Positions 48,009 to 58,078 of a stretch of 64,000 bases of DNA are shown one piece after another. The notes under the pieces were generated by a model that was given only the letters and a program-made list of their open reading frames with translations, ran no database searches and was not told the DNA's origin. The translations under genes were made by a program, and so were the position numbers. Origin of the DNA: Microgenomates group bacterium (GTDB lineage: Bacteria > Patescibacteriota > Microgenomatia > UBA8517); assembly GCA_049301455.1 (NCBI GenBank), contig JBAQKY010000029.1, forward strand, positions 15,597-79,596, given 5' to 3'. The number at the start of each line of letters is the position of its first letter. Position 1 is the stretch's first letter.

Positions 48009-49433
48009 ATGCGTAAGAATATTGTCAAAATAGTTGGATATCTTTTTTTATTGACAACTTTGGTTATCGGTACCATAGTGCTTTTAAACCCCGACATCAA
48101 GTTTGATATTAGAGAAAAAGCTGCAGAGTTACTAAATCCATCATCTGGTAGTAAATTTGTATTTATTAATCATCCTCAACGAGATTTGACTGAAGAAGAA
48201 ATGCAGTATATTGCGACCAACTATGACATTGCAGTTGTAGGCAATCAAAATAAGCCAATGACAACTGAGGCTAATCGTCTCAAACAATTAAACCCCTCAC
48301 TTAAAGTGTATCTTTATTTCCCAACAAGTGTTCGCCAGGATGTAGCTACAAATTATGGTAATGATGTGTTCAAAGAAGAATGGTATCTACATAAACAAAA
48401 TGGAGAGCGTATTGCAAAAACACCAAGCCTTGATTTTGTTGATCTTACAAATTTAGAATATAGAGCGTGGGCAGAATCAACGATATTAAAATTTTTAAGT
48501 GAGGCTCCATATGATGGAGTTTTGGCAGATAACGCTAACCCTCTAGGAGCTGAAGGTCCATGGAATTGGTTGAATTTTATTGGTCAAGATAAAATTAATT
48601 CATGGAATAGTTCTAGAATTAATTATCTTACTCGCTTGCAACGAATTATGGAGTCAAAAGGTAAAACAATCATCTATAATGGCATAAGCAGATCGATAGT
48701 AAAGACTAACAGAACGCTTGATACCCTTGATTTTACAAGTGGGGCTTTGAATGAAGGTTTTTGCTACGGTAAAGATAGTTCAGGAAACAATTCTGTAGTG
48801 AGTAAGGAACTCCAGGTCGAAGATATTGAACTGCAAAAAAGTATTGGGTTGAGAAAAAAAATTTTACTCCAAAAAGTAAATATTGATTCAGCAATAAAAG
48901 CAAAATACGGGAAATACTGTTATGGTATATTTTTGATGGGACATGTGCCAGGTTATACCTATTTTAAATATGGTGAAGGCTATAGTTTGGCTGTTTTTCC
49001 TGAAGAGTATAAAAATAGTCTATCTGAATTGAATATTCCAATTGGTTCACCAAAGGGTAATTACAAACGCCAAGGTTGGCTTTTGTACCGAGAGTTTAGT
49101 GATGCTTGGGTTGTGGTAAACCTAAACGAAACACGAGCGACTTGGACCAATCCAGATGACGGCAAAGTCTTGTCTATTGCACCACAGGATGCCATTTTTA
49201 TTATTAAGACCACACCTGTTGCGACAGATAAAGTCACTCCTCCACCTTCTGAAGGTGTAGATAATTGTAGAGATTATTGTAAAAAAGAATTTAATATAAC
49301 GAGATCAGATGCTGGTTATTGTGCGTTTGCAGAAAAAAATTGTGCTTTAAATCCAGATGGTGCTGCTGTTTATTCATCAGGAGGTGATAAGTTTTGCCAA
49401 GGTGATCGAGGTTTTTGCTGCTGCAAACGGTAA
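48009..49433 (+). CDS. secreted putative glycoside hydrolase-like TIM-barrel protein with Cys-rich C-terminal tail
   Basis: It has a signal anchor. The central region (DIAVVGNQNKPMTTEANRLKQLNPSLKVYLYF...GVLADNANPLG...) loosely resembles GH114/TM1410-type hydrolases. The C-terminal 60 aa contain 10 Cys (CRDYCKKE...CQGDRGFCCCKR). This is a weak call. Confidence 0.4.
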   Translation: MRKNIVKIVGYLFLLTTLVIGTIVLLNPDIKFDIREKAAELLNPSSGSKFVFINHPQRDLTEEEMQYIATNYDIAVVGNQNKPMTTEANRLKQLNPSLKVYLYFPTSVRQDVATNYGNDVFKEEWYLHKQNGERIAKTPSLDFVDLTNLEYRAWAESTILKFLSEAPYDGVLADNANPLGAEGPWNWLNFIGQDKINSWNSSRINYLTRLQRIMESKGKTIIYNGISRSIVKTNRTLDTLDFTSGALNEGFCYGKDSSGNNSVVSKELQVEDIELQKSIGLRKKILLQKVNIDSAIKAKYGKYCYGIFLMGHVPGYTYFKYGEGYSLAVFPEEYKNSLSELNIPIGSPKGNYKRQGWLLYREFSDAWVVVNLNETRATWTNPDDGKVLSIAPQDAIFIIKTTPVATDKVTPPPSEGVDNCRDYCKKEFNITRSDAGYCAFAEKNCALNPDGAAVYSSGGDKFCQGDRGFCCCKR

Positions 49434-49518
49434 GCTATTTAACAATACAAATTTATAGTAATTTTAAATTTGATGAAAAGACATCATCGATCAAAACTTT
49501 GATATAGTCTGATTTGGT

Positions 49519-49683
49519 TGACAAAGAGTTGAGTTGGAGTTATGATAAACACCTTAGTTATTAATATATGAATATTTTTTCCAACATGCCATACAGTTTT
49601 AGCCTTATAATTAAGGCTTGAGGTTTGTTGGAGAGAAAATTATACATATCTCTCCAAAATTAAATGGGGGGATTATTTTTTTT
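49519..49683 (+). promoter_or_regulatory. putative greA promoter (TTGACA-N17-TATGAT) and structured 5' leader
   Basis: ttgaca aagagttgagttggagt tatgat lies at 49519-49547. Hairpin 1 is gcctta-taat-taaggc at about 49604-49619. Hairpin 2 is GGAGAGA-N12-TCTCTCC at 49630-49655. A G6 run and then a T9 run follow at 49666-49683, before the greA ATG at 49709. Confidence 0.3.
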
Positions 49684-49708
49684 GAAAAAGTAGTATAAAT
49701 ATAAAAAT

Positions 49709-50191
49709 ATGGCAACACATAAAAAGAACATGGTAAAACAAGTACAGCTAACAGCTAATGGTCTTGCTGCCTTAAAATCCGAACTTGATGAATTGCTAAA
49801 TGTAAAAAGGCCTGCTTTAGTCGATAGACTTTCAAATGCTAGATCTCAGGGTGATTTATCAGAAAACTCAGATTATCAAAATGCAAAAGAGGAGCTTGAA
49901 TTCTTAGAAGGAAGAATTGAAGAACTAGAAAACGTAATTAAAAATGCAGTTGTTGTTGATGATTCAAAAAATGGTAGTGGAGCTGGAGTTGGAACAAAAG
50001 TAACAGTTCGTGTAAATGGAGTTAAAAACACATTTGAAATAGTTGGAGAATGGGAAGCTGATTTGACCAAGAAAAAAATCAGTCACACTTCACCACTTGG
50101 ATCATCACTTGTTGGCAAAAAAGTTGGTGAAAAATTTGAAGTTGAAGCACCTGTTGGTAAGGTAGTTTACGAGGTTATTGCAATTGATTAA
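49709..50191 (+). CDS. greA: transcription elongation factor GreA
   Basis: 160 aa. It has an N-terminal coiled coil and the acidic tip residues (RSQGDLSENSDY). The C-terminal FKBP-like domain is SHTSPLGSSLVGKKVGEKFEV. Confidence 0.9.
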   Translation: MATHKKNMVKQVQLTANGLAALKSELDELLNVKRPALVDRLSNARSQGDLSENSDYQNAKEELEFLEGRIEELENVIKNAVVVDDSKNGSGAGVGTKVTVRVNGVKNTFEIVGEWEADLTKKKISHTSPLGSSLVGKKVGEKFEVEAPVGKVVYEVIAID

Positions 50192-50268
50192 ATATTTAAT
50201 CAATTAAGTTGATAACCTCCTAAATATAGGAGGTTTTTTAATATATAATACAAATATATAATATAAAT

Positions 50269-51717
50269 ATGGACGAATTAAAAAATGTACGAGACGAAAG
50301 ACTAGAAAAGCTCAAAAGGCTTAAAGATTTAGGGATAGACCCATATCCTTCTAAAATTTTGTTAAAAGGTAGCCGTATAAATATTTCTGATGCCCTTGAC
50401 CGAATGGACAAAAAGGTTTTGGTTTCAGGCCGAATCATGTCGATTAGGTCTCATGGAGGTATATCGTTTGCTGACTTACAAGACGGTTCTGGAAACATAC
50501 AACTCTTTTTTCAAAAGAAGGTATTAAATGAAGCATATGAATTATTAAAGTTGATTGATTCTGGTGATTTTATAGCAGTTTCAGGAAATGTTATGAAGAC
50601 TGTTGCTGGAGAGACTTCTGTGCTGATAGACGAAATCCAGATATTAACAAAATCAATTAGACAAATACCAAGTGCTTGGTATGGTCTAAAAGATACTGAG
50701 GAAAGATATAGGCAAAGATATGTGGATTTATTACTTAACAATGAACTTAAAGACTTATTTATTAAAAAATCATTATTTTGGAATAGTTTCAGAAACTTCC
50801 TAATCAAAAAAGAATTTTTAGAAGTTGAAACACCTGTTTTAGAAAATACTGCAGGTGGAGCAGACGCTCAACCGTTTGTTACGCATCATGAAGCATTAGA
50901 CATTGATTTGTTCCTGCGTATTTCAATGGGTGAACTTTGGCAAAAAAGGTTAATGGTTGCAGGTTTTGAAAAAACATTTGAAATAGGTCGTCAATTTAGG
51001 AACGAAGGATTAAGTAGAGAACACCTTCAAGATTACACTCAAATGGAATTTTATTGGGCATACGCAAATTATGAGGATTCAATGGCCTTAGTTGAAGAAA
51101 TGTATAAATATGTAGCAAAAGAAACTTTTGGAAAGTTGAAATTTGAAATTAATGGTAAAACAGTTGATTTAGAAGGTGAATGGAAAAAAATTGATTACAC
51201 AGAAACCATAAAAGAAAACACTGGTATTGACATTGTTAGTGCAACTTCAATTCAAATTGAAGAAAAATTAAAATCACTGAATATTAAATTTGATCCAAAA
51301 TTAGATAAAGCAAGACTTATTGATATGCTTTGGAAAACAGTTAGAAAAGAAATTGTTGGTCCTGTATTTCTTGTAGGTCATCCAGTTGAAGTTTCACCGC
51401 TTGCAAAGAGAATGGTTGAGAGACCAGAAAATGTAGAAAGATATCAGGTTATTATTGCAGGGAGTGAAATGGGGAATGGATACTCAGAATTAAACGATCC
51501 AATTGATCAAGCTGAAAGATTTAAGGTGCAACAGAAATTACGAGATAGTGGGGATGTTGAAGCGCAAATGAATGACTGGGATTTTGTAAGAGCACTTGAA
51601 TATGGAATGCCACCAGTTTCAGGGTTTGGTGTTTCAGAGAGATTATTTTCATTCCTTGTAGATAAGCCAATTAAAGAAACAGTTCTGTTCCCATTGTTAA
51701 GGCCTGAAAACAATTGA
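50269..51717 (+). CDS. lysS: lysine--tRNA ligase (class II)
   Basis: It has an N-terminal OB fold (GRIMSIRSHGGISFADLQDGSGNIQLFF). Class II motifs 1, 2 and 3 are present (FLEVETPVL; FRNEGLSREHLQDYTQMEFY; GGGLGIDR-like GFGVSERLF). Confidence 0.9.
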   Translation: MDELKNVRDERLEKLKRLKDLGIDPYPSKILLKGSRINISDALDRMDKKVLVSGRIMSIRSHGGISFADLQDGSGNIQLFFQKKVLNEAYELLKLIDSGDFIAVSGNVMKTVAGETSVLIDEIQILTKSIRQIPSAWYGLKDTEERYRQRYVDLLLNNELKDLFIKKSLFWNSFRNFLIKKEFLEVETPVLENTAGGADAQPFVTHHEALDIDLFLRISMGELWQKRLMVAGFEKTFEIGRQFRNEGLSREHLQDYTQMEFYWAYANYEDSMALVEEMYKYVAKETFGKLKFEINGKTVDLEGEWKKIDYTETIKENTGIDIVSATSIQIEEKLKSLNIKFDPKLDKARLIDMLWKTVRKEIVGPVFLVGHPVEVSPLAKRMVERPENVERYQVIIAGSEMGNGYSELNDPIDQAERFKVQQKLRDSGDVEAQMNDWDFVRALEYGMPPVSGFGVSERLFSFLVDKPIKETVLFPLLRPENN

Positions 51718-51770
51718 GATTGTTTAAATTAGATCTTTACATTGATTAAAAAACAAGGTAAATTACACTC

Positions 51771-52142
51771 ATGGCAGTTAAGAAAACAGTTAAAAAAGTA
51801 GTAGCAAAGAAAGTTGTGTCTCCAATTGAAGTATTAAAATCTTTTAAATTTTCTAAGTCTGCTGTAAAAATGACTCCAGAAATGGCAAAAGAAGGAATAC
51901 TAGAATTAAGATCTGAGATGACACATTATGTTACTGAATCAGTTTCAGTTTCAATCTTGGCACTACTTTTATTTATAGGTGCACCATCTGTTTTTCCTGA
52001 AGTTATAAATCCATATCTTCCATCATCATTATTAATCATGCAATCATTTGTTGCAGTTCCTACAGTATTTTGGATGTTAACCATTTTAGGAAATATGGTT
52101 AGATATTTCAAAATTTTAAAACTTAAAGATTCACTTAAGTAA
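51771..52142 (+). CDS. hypothetical small membrane protein
   Basis: 123 aa with a basic N-terminus and two TM helices. Confidence 0.4.
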   Translation: MAVKKTVKKVVAKKVVSPIEVLKSFKFSKSAVKMTPEMAKEGILELRSEMTHYVTESVSVSILALLLFIGAPSVFPEVINPYLPSSLLIMQSFVAVPTVFWMLTILGNMVRYFKILKLKDSLK

Positions 52143-52699
52143 TGATTTCAAGAGACGAAGCCTTCAATTTAGTTACAACTTGGACACAAAATAAAAATTT
52201 GATTAAACATATGCTGGCTGTGGAAGCAGCAATGGGTGGTTTGGCAAAACATTTTGGAGCAGACGAAAATCTATGGAGAATAACAGGTCTTCTTCATGAT
52301 GCAGATTATGAAAAATATCCAGACAAGCATCCACAAGTTTTAATTGATGAACTTCAAAAAAGAAACGAATCAGAAGAAATTATAAATGCAATTAAAGCAC
52401 ATGCATGGAAATATAATGGTATGGACAGAGAACCACAAAATAATTTGGAGTGGAGTATCTATTGTTGTGATGAGTTGACTGGTCTAATTGTTGCAGTTAC
52501 TTTGATTAGGCCTGAAAAGAAATTGTCTACTGTAACTGTTGATAATGTACTATCTAAGTGGCAAAAGAAAGATTTTGCAAAAGGTGTTGAAAGAGAAAAC
52601 ATAGAACTTTGTGAAGAAAAATTAGGAATTAAACTCAATGATTTTATACAGATTGTACTAACTTCAATGCAAGTAATTTCGAATGAAATTGGATTATAA
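52142..52699 (+). CDS. HD/HDIG domain phosphohydrolase
   Basis: The HD motif is HMLAVEAAM...LLHDADYEKY. 185 aa. Confidence 0.75.
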   Translation: MISRDEAFNLVTTWTQNKNLIKHMLAVEAAMGGLAKHFGADENLWRITGLLHDADYEKYPDKHPQVLIDELQKRNESEEIINAIKAHAWKYNGMDREPQNNLEWSIYCCDELTGLIVAVTLIRPEKKLSTVTVDNVLSKWQKKDFAKGVERENIELCEEKLGIKLNDFIQIVLTSMQVISNEIGL

Positions 52700-52704
52700 C
52701 AGCA

Positions 52705-53118
52705 ATGGATAAAGACAAATTATTTCTAAGCTATTTAGCTGATAGAAAAATAAATTTACTAAAGGCAATTGAAAAGGCAAAAGATGCAAGAGATAATGCA
52801 CCAAGTGCAACAGAATCCCATTCAGATACCAGAAGATCACAAGCAGAAAAGTTAGTTGTTGCTCTTGAAATAGAGTTGAATAATATCCAAAAAGTTGAAG
52901 ATAATCCTCAAGACATAAAACTTGTTTACTTTGAAATGACCATTAATAGTAATTTAAATAAATTTTTACTTGTTCCAAGTGGAATGGGCGGAGCAGAATT
53001 AAATGGTATTAGATTTTTATCTGAAGATACACCCCTAGGAAGTGAATTAAAAAGTAAAAATACGGGAGACGAATTCGATTTTAATGGCCAAAAAGTGGCA
53101 ATCCTCAAAGTTGAATAG
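52705..53118 (+). CDS. GreA/GreB-family C-terminal-domain protein (Gre-like paralog)
   Basis: The C-terminus is LSEDTPLGSELKSKNTGDEFDFNGQKVAILKVE, matching the Gre FKBP-like domain consensus (SP.G.AL.GK.VGD.V.V..P.G...Y.I..V). The N-terminal part is a short helical region rather than the full Gre coiled coil. Confidence 0.5.
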   Translation: MDKDKLFLSYLADRKINLLKAIEKAKDARDNAPSATESHSDTRRSQAEKLVVALEIELNNIQKVEDNPQDIKLVYFEMTINSNLNKFLLVPSGMGGAELNGIRFLSEDTPLGSELKSKNTGDEFDFNGQKVAILKVE

Positions 53119-53150
53119 CATTTTTTGTAAACTAGATTTATACTTGTACT

Positions 53151-54386
53151 ATGTTAGATATAAAATTCATTCGTGAAAATGCAGATCTTGTTAAAACTGC
53201 GACTAAAAATAAAGGTTTTGATGCTACTGTGGTTGATAAACTTCTTGAAATAGATAAAGAAAGAAGAAAATTAATTCAAGAAACAGAAGAAATTAGAGCA
53301 AAGAAAAACAAATTGACAAAAGATGATATCGAAGAAGGAAAGAAACTTAAGATTGAATTAAAAGAGTTAGAAGAAAAGTTAAAAATGGCTGAATTAGAAT
53401 ATGAAAAACTTCTTTGGTTAGTTCCAAATGTTCCATCTTCTAAGTCTCCAGTTGGTAAAAATGATTCCGAAAATGTAGAAATAAAAAAATGGGGAACTCC
53501 AAGAATATTTGATTTTGAAGCAAAGGATCATGTTGAATTAGGAAACAATCTTGGTATCTTAAATTTTGAAGTTGGTGCAAAAGTTGCAGGATCACAGTTT
53601 TACTTTTTATATGGTGATGGTGCACTTTTAGAACTTGCATTAACTCACTATGTTTTTGACAAACTTTCAAAGAAGGGATTTTTACCCGTTATGACTCCTG
53701 ACTTAGCTAAATCAAGATATTACTTAGGTACTGGTTATGCACCAAAAGGCGATGAAGCTCAAACATACACAATAGAAGGCCAAGACTTAGGGTTAATTGC
53801 AACTGCAGAAGTCACACTTGCTGGAAGTCATGCTGACGAAGTTATACCTGAAGAGAAATTACCAATAAAATATATTGGCTATTCACACTGTTTCAGACAA
53901 GAAGCTGGCGCATATGGAAAATACTCAAAGGGGTTATATAGAGTTCATCAATTTTCAAAAACAGAAATGTTTGTATATTGTAAACCTGAAGATTCAGAAA
54001 GAATTCATGAAGAACTCTTAGCAATTGAAGAAGAAATATACCAAGAGCTTGAACTCCCTTACAGAGTTTTAGAAATGTGTACGGGTGATTTAGGAGCAAT
54101 GGCCGCAAGAAAATTTGATGTCGAAGTCTGGATGCCTGGAAGAAATGATTATGGTGAAGTTACTTCAACTTCAAATTGTACAGATTTCCAAGCAAGAAAT
54201 TTAAATATTAAATATAAAAAGAAGAGTGGAGAAACAGATTTTGTTCATATGCTAAATGGAACTGCTGTTGTTATGTCACGTGTTCCAGTTGCTATACTTG
54301 AAAATTATCAAAATGAGGATGGGTCAGTAACTATTCCAACAGTACTTCAAAAGTGGATGGGTAAAGAAAAAATTGTATTGAGATAA
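53151..54386 (+). CDS. serS: serine--tRNA ligase
   Basis: It has an N-terminal coiled-coil arm. Class II motifs are present (FRQEAGAYGKYSKGLYRVHQF; GTAVVMSRVPVAILENYQ). Confidence 0.92.
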   Translation: MLDIKFIRENADLVKTATKNKGFDATVVDKLLEIDKERRKLIQETEEIRAKKNKLTKDDIEEGKKLKIELKELEEKLKMAELEYEKLLWLVPNVPSSKSPVGKNDSENVEIKKWGTPRIFDFEAKDHVELGNNLGILNFEVGAKVAGSQFYFLYGDGALLELALTHYVFDKLSKKGFLPVMTPDLAKSRYYLGTGYAPKGDEAQTYTIEGQDLGLIATAEVTLAGSHADEVIPEEKLPIKYIGYSHCFRQEAGAYGKYSKGLYRVHQFSKTEMFVYCKPEDSERIHEELLAIEEEIYQELELPYRVLEMCTGDLGAMAARKFDVEVWMPGRNDYGEVTSTSNCTDFQARNLNIKYKKKSGETDFVHMLNGTAVVMSRVPVAILENYQNEDGSVTIPTVLQKWMGKEKIVLR

Positions 54387-54399
54387 ATTTTTTAATAGA

Positions 54400-56196
54400 A
54401 TGAAAAAAATTATTCCAGAAATCAAAAGAACGTTGGGGCTTGTGAAGTGGGTCCTCTCTATATATTTTAAAAATTACCCTGTATCCATGTCAGTTTTTTT
54501 TGTAACTGAATTGATATCGTCTGTTGGTAATTTAATTAATGCATATATCTTGGCATTAGTAACAGATCAGGCAGTTCAGCTGTTACAAGACAAATCATTA
54601 GATATAAGTAGGTTTTTGCCAACAACACTTTTAATAATTGGATCTTATCTATTTTTTGAGATTATTAGAATTATTAATCGACATGTGTGGCGAATGATCA
54701 CATATCAAGATCATTATATGTTGAGGAAGATACTTGCAAAAAGACTAGAGTATTTAGGTATCCAAAACTTGGAAAATCCAGAGGTTTCAAACAAATCACA
54801 GAGATTTAATGAAGAGATAGGTAATATTGGAGGATTTCTTGAAATGACAATAATAATTATTACTGGATTCTTTACCTTTGTGAGCGCTGGAATTGTCCTT
54901 GTGAACACAATTCCATTTGTCGCTGCACTGTTTGCATTTGTAATGATTTTCCAACTGATGATTAATCAAAAGTTTATACGAGAAATGTGGATTCTAAGCA
55001 GAGACTCAACAGAGGATAGAAGAAAAAACAGCACAAATTTAAGTTTGCTTTCAGAACCTGCCCCACTTAAAGAACTAATTCTGTCTCAAGGTTCTGAGTA
55101 TCTTACAAACAAATTTAACACATATTTAGATTGGATTGTTTCAAGAGTTTCTTCAATTAGAACAAAGTGGTCATTCTGGCAGGTTATAAGTAAAATTTTA
55201 GACGGATCTGTTTTCGGTTACGGAATTGTTGTAATTCTAAAAAGGCTTGTGTCCGGAACTATCAGTATAGGACAACTGACGTTTGAAGTAAGGTCGTTAA
55301 GAATATTTGCAGATTCTTTTGCAGGTTTTACTTCAAACATTGTTGCGTTAAGAGAAAGTTCTGTTAGATTGAGTGATGTATATGAATTATTTTCGAAATA
55401 TAGCCCTGAGGCAGATGGAGAAACAAGTATTAAAGAAGGCGCGCCAGAAATAAAATTTGAAAATGTTTTATTTAAATATCCAAATTCAGAAAAATTAATA
55501 TTTAAAGGTATAGACCTAACAATTAAGCCTGGTGAAAAAATAGCAATTGTAGGTGAAAATGGAGCAGGAAAGACAACTTTAGTAAAACTTCTTTGTAGAA
55601 TTTATAGGGTAAATGGTGGGGATATCAAACTAAACAATGTAAATATAAATGATACTAAAATTTTAAGTTGGTATAAAAATGTGGCGATCTTGTTTCAAGA
55701 CTATACAGCCTATACTCACCTAACAGTTAAAGAAAATATTGAAGTAGATAGTAGAAACAAAATAACAACTAATGAAACAGTAGTCGATTCGCTTAAAAAG
55801 GCGAATGCGTTTTCTTTTGTTGAAAAGTATAAAAACGGTATTAATCAAATTCTTTCAGAAAGATACAAAGATGGAATTAGGCCATCGACAGGACAATGGC
55901 AGAAGATTGCAATTGCAAGAGTGTTCCATAGAAATTCTCCTGTTTTAATTCTTGACGAACCAACTGCTTCAATTGATGCTGTGGCAGAAGCAAAAATATT
56001 TGATAATATCTATAAATTTGCAAAAGACAAAACTGTTATTATTATTTCTCACAGATTTTCAACAGTTAGAAACGCAGATAGAATAATTGTCCTAGATAAA
56101 GGAAAAATAATTGAACAAGGAAGTCATGAAGAACTTCTAAAAAATAATGGTAAATATGCAAGAGCATTTAAACTCCAAGCAAGAGGGTATCAGTAA
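54400..56196 (+). CDS. ABC transporter permease/ATP-binding protein (type I exporter, fused TMD-NBD)
   Basis: It has a 6-TM N-domain. Walker A is GENGAGKTT. The signature is PSTGQWQKIA. Walker B is LILDEPTASID. Confidence 0.85.
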   Translation: MKKIIPEIKRTLGLVKWVLSIYFKNYPVSMSVFFVTELISSVGNLINAYILALVTDQAVQLLQDKSLDISRFLPTTLLIIGSYLFFEIIRIINRHVWRMITYQDHYMLRKILAKRLEYLGIQNLENPEVSNKSQRFNEEIGNIGGFLEMTIIIITGFFTFVSAGIVLVNTIPFVAALFAFVMIFQLMINQKFIREMWILSRDSTEDRRKNSTNLSLLSEPAPLKELILSQGSEYLTNKFNTYLDWIVSRVSSIRTKWSFWQVISKILDGSVFGYGIVVILKRLVSGTISIGQLTFEVRSLRIFADSFAGFTSNIVALRESSVRLSDVYELFSKYSPEADGETSIKEGAPEIKFENVLFKYPNSEKLIFKGIDLTIKPGEKIAIVGENGAGKTTLVKLLCRIYRVNGGDIKLNNVNINDTKILSWYKNVAILFQDYTAYTHLTVKENIEVDSRNKITTNETVVDSLKKANAFSFVEKYKNGINQILSERYKDGIRPSTGQWQKIAIARVFHRNSPVLILDEPTASIDAVAEAKIFDNIYKFAKDKTVIIISHRFSTVRNADRIIVLDKGKIIEQGSHEELLKNNGKYARAFKLQARGYQ

Positions 56197-56199
56197 AAA

Positions 56200-57339
56200 T
56201 TATTCTTTGTAATATTTCTTGTCTTTCAACCTAGATGGCAGTAAGGTTTCTTTGTTGTACATTTCGTAACCTTTGCCATAGCCTGCATTTTTCATCAATT
56301 TTGTAACAGGGTTTCTAAGGTTTAACGGTATTGGAAGGTTTCCAAATACTTCAACATCACTCATTGCCAGATTCAAAGCGTCGTAACTAGATCTATTCTT
56401 CTTGGCTGATGCTAAATAAACAACACCGTGCGCAAGATTTATACGGCATTCAGGTAATCCTATTATTTCGCAACTTCTAAATACTTCGTTTGCAACTACA
56501 AGTGCTGTAGGTTGTGCCATCCCAATGTCTTCGGATGCAAAAATCACCATTCTTCTTGCAATATATAGAGGGTCTTGTCCTGCTGATATCATTCGGGCAA
56601 GGTAGTAAAGTGCTGCGTCAACATTTGATGCTCTCATAGACTTAATAAAGGCAGATATGGTGTCGTAAAAATTGTCGCCATTCTTATCAAAAACTAAAGC
56701 TCGTTTTTGCATAGCTTCTTCTATGTCTTTAGTTTTTAATAATTTACTAACATTAATTTGTGAGGCAAGTTCTAAAGTATTTATTAAAATCCTGGCGTCA
56801 CCGTTTGAGGAATTTATCAAAAACTCTTGTCCTTTCTTGTCAACCTTTATTTTTAGGTGTTTTGTAACTTTGCCTACAATTTCGTTTAAGTTGTCTTCGT
56901 TAAGTTGATTTAAAATTAAAACTCTACATCGTGAAAGTAGTGGAGAAATTACTTCAAAAGATGGATTTTCTGTTGTTGCACCAATTAAGATAATGTTTCC
57001 ATTTTCAACGTGTGGAAGTAGTTTGTCTTGCTGTGCTTTGTTAAACCTGTGAATCTCATCCAAGAATATAATAGGTTTTTCAGAAATAACACCTTCAATA
57101 TCTTTTACTTTTGTATTTACTGCTGAAAATTCATAAAACTTTCGATTTAGTTTTTTTGCAATAATTCTTGCTAGGGTGGTCTTGCCTACACCTGATGGTC
57201 CCCACATTATCAATGAGGGCAATCTTGTTGAATCGATTGCCAGAAGTTTTGTGATAATGCCATTCTCGCCAACTAAATGCTCTTGGCCGATGAAGTCAGA
57301 AAGTTTTGATGGTCTTAGTATTTCAGCTAGTGGTTGCAT
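56200..57339 (-). CDS. rarA: replication-associated recombination protein A (AAA+ ATPase RarA/MgsA)
   Basis: Walker A is GPSGVGKTT. Walker B is IFLDEIHRFN. Sensor and arginine-finger regions are present, with the MgsA C-terminal domain. Confidence 0.9.
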   Translation of the reverse strand: MQPLAEILRPSKLSDFIGQEHLVGENGIITKLLAIDSTRLPSLIMWGPSGVGKTTLARIIAKKLNRKFYEFSAVNTKVKDIEGVISEKPIIFLDEIHRFNKAQQDKLLPHVENGNIILIGATTENPSFEVISPLLSRCRVLILNQLNEDNLNEIVGKVTKHLKIKVDKKGQEFLINSSNGDARILINTLELASQINVSKLLKTKDIEEAMQKRALVFDKNGDNFYDTISAFIKSMRASNVDAALYYLARMISAGQDPLYIARRMVIFASEDIGMAQPTALVVANEVFRSCEIIGLPECRINLAHGVVYLASAKKNRSSYDALNLAMSDVEVFGNLPIPLNLRNPVTKLMKNAGYGKGYEMYNKETLLPSRLKDKKYYKE

Positions 57340-57458
57340 ACAAACAGTATAATCCGAATATTAAACGAAGTAAACAAGTTGATACTTCGTATAAACAAGT
57401 TGATACCCTGTATAAACAAGTTTGCTTCTGTGAAGTAAAAAAATAGTATAATTCTATT

Positions 57459-58055
57459 ATGTTAGGAACTAAAATTTTAGAAGAGAGAGATTCAAAATAT
57501 AACGGTCACTTAAGAGTTCTTCGAACATGGGGAATGGGAAATTATATTCAAGCGGGCGGGCTAACCCAGTCAGGTGGAATAGTTGAAAGTATTTGGAAAA
57601 GTACATTAAAAATAGTTAAAAATAAAGAAATTAAATCAATTTTAATATTAGGTCTGGGTGGAGGGACACTTGGAAAATTACTACGCAATAAATATCCAAA
57701 TGCAAAAATTACTGGAGTTGAGATCGACCCGATCATGATCGAATTAGGTAAAAAATATTTAGACTTAGATAAATACAATATTGATATAAAAATTGAAGAT
57801 ACAAACAAATTTAAATTTGGTGAATATGATTTAGTGATTGTTGATATGTATTCAGGTGATAACTTTCCAAAAGAATTTGAGAGTGAAAAATTTTTAAAAA
57901 AGTTAACAAAATTTAAAACAGTAATTATAAATAGATTATATTTTGGAGACAAAAGGCCTGATACTGTTAGATTTGGTAATAAACTAGAAAAAATTTTTAG
58001 TAAAGTAACTTGGTTTTATCCAGAGGCAAACTTGATGTTCATTTGTGGGTATTAA
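57459..58055 (+). CDS. spermidine synthase-like class I SAM-dependent methyltransferase
   Basis: Motif I is ILGLGGGTLGKLL. The acidic residue is in GVEIDPIMIEL. The post-motif II region is YDLVIVD. Confidence 0.6.
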   Translation: MLGTKILEERDSKYNGHLRVLRTWGMGNYIQAGGLTQSGGIVESIWKSTLKIVKNKEIKSILILGLGGGTLGKLLRNKYPNAKITGVEIDPIMIELGKKYLDLDKYNIDIKIEDTNKFKFGEYDLVIVDMYSGDNFPKEFESEKFLKKLTKFKTVIINRLYFGDKRPDTVRFGNKLEKIFSKVTWFYPEANLMFICGY

Positions 58056-58078
58056 AATGCTAGAATGGGTATTCAAGT

